From: Paragordius varius
Taxonomy: Eukaryota; Animalia; Nematomorpha
Length of the DNA: 64,000 nt
NCBI GenBank assembly: GCA_964247055.1
Contig: OZ176052.1
Location: 6,696,001 to 6,760,000, forward strand
Reading direction: 5' to 3'
Shown: piece after piece, positions 26,101-37,200 of the stretch
Numbering within the stretch: the first letter of the stretch is position 1
Layout: every line of letters begins with the position of its first letter
Position numbers and translations under genes: made by a program
The notes under the pieces: model-generated
What the model saw: the letters and a program-made list of their open reading frames with translations, nothing else
What the model was told of the DNA's origin: nothing
Database searches by the model: none

Positions 26101-28693
26101 AACTTCACTCTACATAAACCATAACCAAGTATTTTCTTAAAATAATATATCAATTGAATAATGGAAAAATAGCAAATTAAAACTAATACCTATCATTTTA
26201 TTTTTTTGAAGCATTTAAATTAGATATATTTTTTGAATGTTCATTTTTTTTTATAAAATTTTTCACATTTAATTATCATTTACGCGGCACCGTCCAAAAA
26301 TTTTTTAAACTAGATTGGCCCTGAATATTAATTATAATGTATGGCGTTAGCAAATGAAACATTAATTTTAAATGATACGATTATATAAACGGTGATTGAA
26401 CCTCAATAAACGTGACTACATTTTTAAAATTTTTTAATTAATTTTTTTTATTTTTAAATTTTGATAATTCCGGGTAATAATCAGTTTAAATTCCCATTTA
26501 ATGTCTTTTTTTTGCCGCTAATAAAATGCCAGAGAACGGTTTATTGTACATTGATTTTTGTTATGATTATAGCAATATTCTTATTTATTCAAAAATAATA
26601 TCTTTTTATTTTCCCCAAAAATTGTATCCCAATAAGTTTATCATCAAATCTTTTTAGATTTTGCTATATTATTAAAAATTATATCATTTTATTTCATACT
26701 ATATATGATATTTAGCTTAATAATAAATTAAATAGGAAACAATCTAAGCATTTTATATTCGAATTTTTAGATGTAATGCAGCTATTTTATGTTCCAAATA
26801 CATATCTCCCGGATTGGTTGCTTATGGCACTTATCAAAGAACGGTAGAATTTATTGATCCTCGTATTCATAACACTACTAATACTCAATCTCAGCGTAAT
26901 ATAATTAATATCTAATTTATTAATCCATATATTTATTAACTGCCTTTATTTTGGATATTCTTTGAGTAAATTAATGATAAAATTTATTCACTAATTTTTG
27001 GACTCTGCTTACTTTTTTAAATTAAAATGTAAACAAAATATAATTAATTAATAATGTTATATAAATAAAAATAGTTATAACAAATTATAAACCTATTGGT
27101 TAATGGATTCTAATTTCCTCTTTATTGACATAATAACTTTCTTGTATATATAATATCCATTATTTCAATGTTCTCCCAATCAATTTTGTGTCCAAGCTTA
27201 TATCATAAAACTTTTTTTAATGAATACTTGTTCGTTTTATTAAAAAAATGCTGATAATGTATACTTATACTAATCAATCTTTCTTTTACGTAACCTAAAT
27301 TTTAATATTCTGTACTTACCTTATTTTTTAGCTTTACCCTTTCAAAATGTCACAAGCAATGCAACGGTTGTTAAGAAAAGAGCCCACACAGGTCCAATTT
27401 TATGTTTGGCGGTGGATATGGAACGCAATGTAATCATAACAGGGGGTGAGGATAAAACACTTGCTATAAATGACATTAGATATATTTCGTCCGAGGCAGA
27501 TCTTACCCTTTCTCGCCCTGATAATGTTAAAACAGAGAATATATCAAATGATACTAATAATAATAATCATGGTGTTATGCGCCTCAAATCTTTGTTCAAA
27601 ATACCCGTACGGTTTTTTTAAAAAATTTAGTTTTAATATGCTTTTTTCCGTGTCACTCTGATGTGTTTATTTATAATGACAGATATACTACATAAGGTTT
27701 TGCGGTTATTCTTCATATAAATTTTTCTAATAATTTAATTATTTATTAACTAAATTTTTTTATTGTTACACGTAAATATTTTATTTGTATAAAGTTAAAA
27801 GGGATACCACTGTGTATGTCCTACGATCGACGTGGTTTATGGATTGGTGATGATGGTGGAATGATATATTTATTCGACTCATCCAATAATTTTAACATGA
27901 TTGGGGTAAATTGTTAAACATTCTTATTTCTATACTTTTAAGAAAAACGCCATAATAATCAAATTCACTTATCAACGAATATGCTGATAATTGTTGTATT
28001 ATCCCAAAAATGGAACCACTGTTCGTTTTTATGTAATATTTCCATTGCTTATGCATTTATTACATTTCATATTCTCTAATTGTAACATTGTTTTGGCGGT
28101 TCTTTTTTGCCAGAATTAAACAAAATTTTACCTTAAGCATTCTGTTTGCAGTAATTGATTTTGTAATAGTCCGATTTTTTGTTGTCATATGGGGGAGGTA
28201 TTTCACTTTTAATCTTATACGATTTTATTTCTTTTGTGTTGGAATATTTTTTATATTGATCATTGCATTTGATATCGTTGATTAGATTCACCATTAAAGT
28301 AAGATTTTCTAAATATTTTTTAGCATTTTTACAGTGGGCACACTAATATCCGTAGCATCAAGCATACCGACGGTTTGGTTTTCACATGTGCCGCAGATAA
28401 ATCATTTAAAATATTTGAAGCATCATGGCCACCAAAACAAATATATGGTCGGCAAATATGTTTGGGTGGAGAAATGTCCAGTGTAAGTCTTTAAACTCCT
28501 TTTAATTTACTGTTATTATTGGTGTTTATATAGCTTTTTTGTCTTGATAAATGTGGCTTTATATGATTTTTAAAACGTAACATTAAATATGAAATGTAAT
28601 GAGTATTTTATGGATGTTTAGTTGGATTTTCAGAATGAAGTGTTAACGGTAGCTAGTGCTGATGGAATTGTACACATATGGAAACCATTTTAA
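23199..28693 (+). CDS. FBXW9: F-box/WD40-repeat protein, FBXW9/MEC-15-like, 9 exons, about 461 aa
   Basis: Exons 23199-23469, 23495-23625, 23704-23823, 24066-24187, 26771-26895, 27332-27606, 27795-27905, 28324-28482, 28622-28693; 1386 nt, phase-consistent. F-box LLQLPQEILIYLSLFL. WD motifs CFTGSRDRSILVYD, HKGWIWTM...CTGGWDSFIKTWN, HTGPILCLAVD..IITGGEDKTL, LCMSYD..LWIGDDGG, ADGIVHIWKPF*. Confidence 0.88.
25290..26110 (+). pseudogene. Decayed non-LTR retrotransposon (RTE-like) reverse transcriptase fragment in an FBXW9 intron
   Basis: Interrupted frames: IPEYWQNSIVIPIYKRKGD..NSYRAI, QFGFHSGKST, DLEKA, GLHQGSVLNPSLFIIMM, and a CSNCNIWIHKKC Cys cluster. Many stops and frameshifts. Confidence 0.85.
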
Positions 28694-29529
28694 ACATAGA
28701 AGACTCCTAAAATGCATTTTATTTATTTATTTGATAAAATTATATATTTTTTGTAATCGTTCCTTTCATTTATTATACCATTTATTTCTCAATTGTAAAA
28801 ATTAGTTTTAGTAGATAGATTGCACAAAAAATGGTTCAACACGCCAATTGTTTATAGTAAAAAATGAAGACGGAAAATAAGAGTTTGATTGATTGCGCGT
28901 TGAATGTAGTAGTAATATCTTATTTGTACAAGAGATGGAAAATGCGTAGTTTGGGCTACCGATTGCTGACTGGTGTTATAATACTATCCTACTTAGCATT
29001 TAGTGGCCGAGAATTAAAACCAAATAGCGAATTTACCACGAATTATAGTCTGAGGCCAGGGTTCTAATTATATTAGGCCCAATTAAAAATATAAAGAAAC
29101 ATATTTATTGGTCGAGATTTGGTATTTCTATCATATAATCATTCGTCGTCATTTTCTCACACTCTATATCCTATCAAATTATTCGATACTTAAAATCTAA
29201 CTTAATATATAATTTAACCATGCTCATTAGTAAATAATGAATAAAAAGATGTCACGTCTCTTACTGAATATTTAGCATATTTTATTGTCAAAGGTTGAGA
29301 CACTACTATCCATAACAAAACGCATTCTTTATCATTATCTTAAACAAAGCGAATGTTAAAGTTATTCAACCCCAATAGCTCAAACATAAACTTGCACCAG
29401 TTCTATCAAATTGTACCTTTAAACATAATGGTCGGATGAAATAGACTTAGATATTTTGTACACAATCGTGCCAGAACAATGGACAAATTAATTTTTTCCC
29501 CTACATCTCGAAGGCAACAATCGAACGGG

Positions 29530-29700
29530 CAGACCAACTTTTAGATTTTTTTGTAATCATAAATGAGACATACTTTTGTCTAACATGCAACAGTACTGTT
29601 TCTATCCCTAAAAAGTCAAATATTGAAAGATATTTTTTGTCATCAAAATGGTACCAAAACCTACCCATAAAAACCTAAGGAACATAAAATTAAAGTAAAG
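29530..29700 (+). pseudogene. Possible N-terminal remnant of a hAT (SPIN/GTF2IRD2-like) transposase
   Basis: FFVIINETYFCLTCNSTVSIPKKSNIER resembles the zinc-finger start of this transposase group. Short and isolated. Confidence 0.35.
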
Positions 29701-29989
29701 GAATTAAAGGAATAACCACTAAAATAAATATATTGAAGTGTTTTATGTTAGTTAAAAAATTAAGACAGTTAGTAACCCGTCATCTTTTGATTAAAATTAT
29801 TTTTGTATTTTGATACAATTTTAATATTCACTTATATAATGGTGCGAAGTAACTCTAATCTTTAAACAGGTATATACATTATTTGAAGTATTGAGTCTTT
29901 TGATAGCTAATATATTTATGTCGCCGCATATTTTTTTTAAAAAAGCTCGTGAAAAAAAAAAGACACCCGATATATATACTTGTATGGGG

Positions 29990-30160
29990 TTCGCCATTAA
30001 GTGACGGTACACCCGTTTTTTCCAATCTTTTCTTGATCTTGCTAATTCTAGATTTAAATTAAGCGATACGAGTTCTTTTGTTATTGTGTTGAGCTATGTG
30101 GTATGGAGTCGGCCGGATTTTGCTGGTAGTTCAATCGAGTATAAACTCCATTTTTAAGGC
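29990..30160 (-). pseudogene. 3' fragment of an RTE-like LINE ORF
   Basis: The minus strand reads GRLHTT*LNTITKELVSLNLNLELARSRKDWKKRV..ANP, resembling the GRP..TW...DL..LNL....A.DR..W C-terminus of RTE elements. Confidence 0.55.
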
Positions 30161-30211
30161 AAATGAATCTTTTTTACAAGTATGGCTGATAGAAACGTCA
30201 TTTAATATTAA

Positions 30212-30790
30212 CTGTGCACAAAATTAGGGGGTCTAAAATATTGAAATAAATATATTTAGATAGAAAAGTAGGATTATCATAGTGCTTTAAGAAAGATATT
30301 GCTACTTTTCTAGTAACTGCTCGATATCATAAAATGCTAAAATTTGCGCACCTTTTGTTAAATAAATTTTTTTTTACTGATAGCTAGATATTTCATTTTA
30401 AAAAATATCACCAAAAATATCAACTGCATAATAAAAGGGAAAAAAATATTTTTATAAAAAATTTTCAAATATAAACTCCGAAAGCTCCAAATTTTTGCCC
30501 CCTTCTAAAATGAGGTTCTCCTATAATAAACTCTAAAATGCCTAGACTTTGCGATAAAATTATTTAATATATGCTAGATTATGGTATCAAAAAATATTTT
30601 TGAAAATGCATATTTTGTTCAAAAATTAATATTTAGCAAAATTTTGAAGCGTATTTCACACTATTTGAGGCATGCATGAACGTTATAAAAGCGTTGTAAG
30701 ATATTAAAAAACACTTTAAATATAATTTAATGATAATGAACATTTCTATCACCTCAAAATTGGATTAAACATTGTTGGATTCCAAATTTA
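30212..30790 (+). repeat. Solo arm of the palindromic element at 31320-32468
   Basis: Shares GGATTATCAT.GTGCT, CTCCGAAA..CC.AATTTTT, AAAAGCGTT and AACATTTCTATCACC blocks with both arms of that element. Confidence 0.65.
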
Positions 30791-31319
30791 ACAGGACACA
30801 ATGCATTCATTTGAAAAAAAATACAAAAAGATTTATTTTAAAAGAGTTATTATTATTTAATTTGTTAAACCTGAAGGTAAAGATTTAACCAACATGGTGC
30901 ATTACCTGAGTCCGAAATTGAAAAGGGGGGGGGGTTAAAAATATTTTGATAAAATATATATATTCTGATAGATAAATATATTTTCATGGTGCGTTTGGTT
31001 TTGGGGAACAACTCGCAAATTTAGCGTTAGAATTACCCATTTTAGAGGGTCCAAAAATTTAAAATCAATCTCATATATAAATTTGAAATTTGCTAAAAAT
31101 ATTGTTCTTTTTTAAAATATATATCACATATATTTTTTTGGAATAAAGATGGCTACCAAAAATATTTATCAAACGGAGTAATGATTCCTCATTCTGGGGT
31201 GCCTTACATGGGGCCGTGTGCGGCCGGTGAATAATTTGAAAATCTAAATTTTTGCAAAATTATGCAACCAGGATCTTGATACAATTGATATTTCTCAAAC
31301 AAATTTTATGAATAACACA

Positions 31320-32468
31320 GTTTACAAAATGGGAGGTCATGAAAAAATATCTTGATGGATTATTCTGATATAAAAATGTATCAGGATTATTATGGTGGTG
31401 TTGGTTTTGTTTAGCCTTTAAGAGTGATATAAGAAAGTTTTTTCTTTTGTGCTAAGTGCTCCATAACAGAACATGGAAAATGTTGACCACATTTTTTGTA
31501 ATAAAGTTTTTATGATGAAAAAATGCTTCATTCCAAAAAATATCATAAACTACTTATAAAAAAAAGAATATTTTCATAATTTAATTTTTAGATCGAGGCT
31601 CCGAAAATCCCAAATTTTTTTGCTCTTCTAAAACGCTAGTTTTTTTAAAATAAACGCAAAAATGCCACAATTTAGCAAAATAATTTTTAAATATACGTTA
31701 ATTGACATCAAAATATTTTACTATTTATAGGGATGATGGGGATATATAAACGCTTTTAGATATTGTAAAAAAACTTTTTCTATAAATTTGATAATGCTGA
31801 ATATTTCAATTGCTTCAGAATTTAAATTTAAAGATTCGTTTACTTTTGAATTTCGGTTAATTTTTATCTAAAAACACAATTTATATTTGACATAATGAAG
31901 ACAACTGAATATTTTAATCAAAATTTTGGGGTGATAGAAATGTTTAGCATAACCAAATTATAGAAAAAGTGTTTTTATAATATCTAAAAGCGTTTTTTAT
32001 ATCGTTTTCATCATGTTAAAAAAAAAGGTACGGTTAAACAAAATTTAGCTAAAAATGAAATTTTTATAAAAACTATGCATTTTTTTTAAAAAAAATTTAT
32101 GTCAAAATTTAGCATATATTTATAAATCGCGCAATCCCGACATTTTTGTATTTATTTTAAAGATCTAGAAGAAAAAAAATTTGGGACTTTCGGAGCCCTT
32201 GTATAAAAATTAAAATATTATAAAAATATTGTTTTGCTTTTTATAAGTAGTTTATGGTATATTTTAGTGATATATTTTTAGAATGAAATATTTAGCTTTC
32301 ATCGAAAAAAAATTATTACAGAAAATGTGCTCAAATTTTGTCATTTTCTGATATGGAGCACCCCACAAAAGTGTTAATAATTTTCTTATAAAAGCACCAT
32401 GATAATCCCAATACATATTTCTATCGGAATATATAATTTCATCATGATTTTTTTGGTGTACAGTGTGT
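31320..32468. mobile_element. Old palindromic (foldback/MITE-like) element with arms of about 500 bp
   Basis: 31390-31800 is the imperfect reverse complement of 31930-32460, e.g. GTGCTCCATA.CAGAA, AAACTACTTATAAAAA, GGCTCCGAAA.TCCCAAATTTTTTT. Confidence 0.7.
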
Positions 32469-34229
32469 AAGTCTATACAATTGTCAACCAATAAACATTG
32501 TTTTATGGCATTTAGTCTTATGTTTAAGATGTAATAAATTCAGGACTGCCCACATATATTCTAATACGACCCGCCAGGTTTTTTGAGTCGAAAATTCCCG
32601 CGTTATAATTTTCGGACAACACCTATGTTCTAAATTAATATTTGTGAAGAACAAATTAAAATATTACGCTAATTTGTTTATATTAATTTGTGCAGTGTCC
32701 GATTTAAACTATTCTTGAGGAAGTTCATACCATAACCCCTCTAGAAGTTACATTTCCATCTTTAACACTTCATGACCTTTTTATTTGTACGCGATGACAT
32801 TTTGAAGTAGTTTTCAACCACATAGCCTAAAGTAGTAAACAAGATACTGTATTATATGAAAACTTCAAATTTTACAATTTTTAACTTCTAGAGTCCCAAA
32901 TTCAGATAGCTCCAAAACACGATTGAAACTAGATCTGATATTTCAATCAATAAATAAGAAAATTTCCTGGTGAATTGTAATTTAATAGGTTTCCAAACTA
33001 ATTTATTTTATATTTTTTAGCCATAACATACAGTTATTTGCGCGGTGTTTTAGGATAAAAAATAAAAAAAATGGCGTAGGTTTAGGTCAGGATTATTTAC
33101 AATTTTACATTTTTTAAAAATGTTTTTTTTTATATTGCGCCCAAAAGGCTTAAATACGCATATATTTAAATTTGGCCTAAATAAAAAATTTTTCATAAAC
33201 ATATAAATTTTAAATGGCTCTGGAAACTACTAAGATTAACTAGATATCGAGGACAATTATAAATTGAAATTATTTAAAAACTAAAAAATAGGGCTCCAAT
33301 TTAATTTTATGCATTTCTACAGAAAAATTTTTTATAGATAAGGCAAATCCAATTAAATTGTTTATTACATATCAAATTCGACGTATTTTTGATTTTACTA
33401 CATTTAGCAAAATATCGTTTAGGTCCAACGATAAATTGAATCAAATGTTTTTATTATAATTACATTTGGCACTAACAGTCCATTACTTTTTGGATTTTTT
33501 ACAGAGCGATTTGAAATTTAAATAGCTTAAAAAGTAATTAATGTATGAATTTGAAATTATTTCTTTAGCCTTTAGCGTTATATATTTTTTTTATAAAAAG
33601 GTTAATTTATATAAAAATTCTTATCTCAACCCTTAAAACTTTTATCGCTAATGCAATAGGCAAATAAATGAATAATAGGGTTAAATTTAAATAATTAACT
33701 TTAAAGTGCTTTCAGGTTACATTAGCAAAAACTTATGATATTTTGACTTTCTTATCAGCTGTTATATTTTATCTTGTTTGGGAGCTCTCCAAGTTTTAGA
33801 CTCTAGAGGTCACAAAACTGTATTAAATATAAACTATTTTATCTAGTACATGGGAAAAATATTTGATAACTAAATTTTTAGTTATAATAATCTTCAAAAC
33901 TGTCGTTTAAATACAAAATTAGGCTCTGATATCTAAGGCTACCCCAATATGTAAACTCAGACAAAAAAGTGAAGAGGTAACGATATGTTAATATGGATAA
34001 AATAAATGGTTAAAACGAATTTCTTTTAATTTTAGCCAAACTCAGGTAATCTTGTCTTAATTTTTTCCTTGTCTATTCATAAATTAGGTAAGCATCTGTG
34101 AATCTTTTAAATTTTAAATACATTAGTATTATTATTTTAAAAACTTTAAAATAGTTTTATAAATTTTTTTTGCTTGTATAAATTAATGATTAAAAAAACA
34201 GATGACTACTTGTTAAAACACCATCTCAT

Positions 34230-37200
34230 ATGAATATTTTTCAAAAAATCGATTTATATGTTTTGGTAATACTATTTGGCCATTTAATTAAATGTGCCAT
34301 AGGCAATGATGAAAGGAGTTTGGATTTACTGCCTTTTAACAATGAAAACGAGGTTGTGGTTTTTATTTTGAATATTAGAATATATATCATAAAGTTTTCT
34401 CCGATCATGGATTCCTAAATTTCAATAACAAGTTTTATAAACTTAACATATAGAATTTTGGAAATGCTTCTTAAACAAAGTCACAAAACACCCATACTTG
34501 TTATAGTATATGCAGAAAATTGTATGTTTTGTAAAGCACATAACACTTATATTGAAACATTCAAAAATCAATTAAATTCAATAGGTTTAATTAAACTTTA
34601 AATAAAGGTATTCAATCTCATTTAATCTCATTGAATAATCAGAATCGTAACTACGTGAAAAAACTTAATGTGGGTAAAAATGGATTGTTTTTTGCATTTA
34701 TTATTGATTCCAAAATTTACCCATACAAATATGATGAAACTGAATATACCAATGAACCGGTTGACAAAGAATTCGAATTATATGAAAATTCCATAAAATC
34801 GTTTCCATTAAACGTTAAAAACTTTTATGATAAAATATACGGTTACAGAATGAATATGTATTCACAATTAAATTCATACGCCTCATATCCCGACTCATAT
34901 TTTTCCGTTAAATCCCATTCCTTGATAAATCAAGTTTTTCAATCAGTTACCCAGTTTATGTTTAATTTGTTGATAAAAAAATATGTTTCTAATTATAATG
35001 ACCATGATTACTTCCCAATGCTTGATCATGTTTATAATTGGACTATAAATGACTTTTTTCGCCTACCCGATTCGTTTTATACAGAAAATAAAGTTAATTT
35101 GCTTGTTTTCCATATTCGATGGTATAAAAGGGATACCTTGAGAGAAACTTTGAATAATGTATTGGACCCTGATCAAACCAAACATATGGATTTTACCAAT
35201 TTTATAATACGAGAAAGTGTATCACGGCTAAAGTTTTTAATTTTAGCCTACTATTTAAGGCGCTGGACCATTATCAACCACATAAATATATATTATCCTA
35301 TAGATACTTTGCAAACAAATTGTCAAACAACCAAATCTGATTTTACAGGCTTGTTGAGTAAATTTTTAACATCCAACAATTTGTGTTGTTCCCTATTAAA
35401 TGAAAGTAACCGTTTTTCGCATTCCGATTATGTGTTGAAAGTTAATTCGGTTACACAAATATTACGCTTTTACATAGGTGCAAATGATAGCAACTCGTGT
35501 AAAAAACGGTCCGATTTAACACCGATTATTAAGTTTTCTCCATTATTTGAGTCATCAAATAAATCCAATGACACTTTTATTCAATATTCGTTAAATAAGT
35601 TAATAGACATCCCTAACGACAATAATAAATATCTTCCCGACACTATAAATTTACTTGCTTATCCAAATTTTGCACGATTGTCGAATGCACGTGCCTTTTC
35701 TCAAATTTGTCCTTTCGTGAAAGGGAAAAAACATAAAATTGACAATCAAGCTACTCCCGTTACTTGGTCTGGTCGTCTAACGTTTTGTTCATTAGTTTTA
35801 TTTAACCAATCTGTATTGAATCAATATGTGTATAATCATAATCCATTTGATTCTCTTTCAAATGATAGCAATAATTCAAATAATTTATCAGTATTTTACA
35901 AACTATTTCTTCTTTTTGAAAATATGAATGAATTATTTTGCGAGGGAAATTCAAGAGCTAACTGCTCATTTAAATTTGGGTATGCATCTTTAGAGAAACA
36001 GGGTAAATTTTTGAATTCATTTGTCCCCATGCATTCAAATCACATATCTACCCAAAGTAAAAAAATAACTTTCAATTCATTTATTCGACAAAAAATAGAA
36101 TATCTTAAAGAATCTTCTCCAAACACTATGAAATCTCATAACGATAAGAGTTTAACTTTATACATTCCTATCCTAACATTGATTAGATTACCATTGGGTG
36201 AATATCGTTATCGAGTCGATGTAGTATTGTACAATGAAAACCATACTGAGTTTGATATGGTAGATTTATCCCATTATTCATTATTTTCCACATTGGAGTT
36301 CCCTAATTCCCATACATATACTATTGTAAAAAATGCTGTCCTTGAACAAAAAGAAAATTTGGAAACAAATAATCATAATGACTTTAATAAATATATTAGC
36401 CAATTAAATTTTCTAATTACAACATTTGACATGTCTTGGGCGATGAATAGTTTTGGATATTTGTTTTACTGCTTATTGCGTTCTTCCACTTTAACACAAA
36501 AAGGAATTTTGTATAGACATCCATACGTTGGTAATTCTGTCAGTAGCCATTCAAAGGATAACGGTATTTATCATTTTTTTTATTTATAATATAGATTATG
36601 TTGGCACAAATAGTGGTACGAATGGTGAATATACTCAATCAATGTCAAACGTTAATCAAGGACTCTATCGCTATTTTTTTATGGGTCGATCTGGATTAAA
36701 CAATGACCAAGAAGCAACATGTATAATTTTGGATAAATTTTTTAGTAAATGAAGTTTTCTAGTAAAATAAGTAATATTTTGAATTATATATTTATTCGTC
36801 ATTGATAAGATAATATTTACAGTTTAAACCCTTAAATAATTTAAATTCACCCTTGAACAATTCAAATTCACCCTAAAATAAAATATGTGTTTTTAAAATT
36901 AAAAATTACCTTTTTCTTATATAAAACTCTGTAAAAATTAATATAATGCTGAAAAAATTATAAACTATATCGTAAAAATATATTTCATTAATGATGTGTT
37001 ATGTTAGATTAAAAACACATAATATATTTTTAGGGTAAATTTGAATTGTTCAAGGGTGAATTTAAATTGTTCGAGGGTGAATTTTAATTGTAAATGGTAT
37101 ATATTGGCAAAATTTTTATAAATTCGTATTTTTGTTTAATTTTAGCTGGAGTCAAAAACTCAACCCTCATTTATAAGCAGTAGGCAAACATGTTCTAAAT

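Noticed and set aside
28286-28298. 13-nt micro-exon in FBXW9 (AG|ATTCACCATTAAA|GTAAG)
   Set aside because: It introduces a stop in the required phase. The acceptor at 28323 resolves the frame without it.
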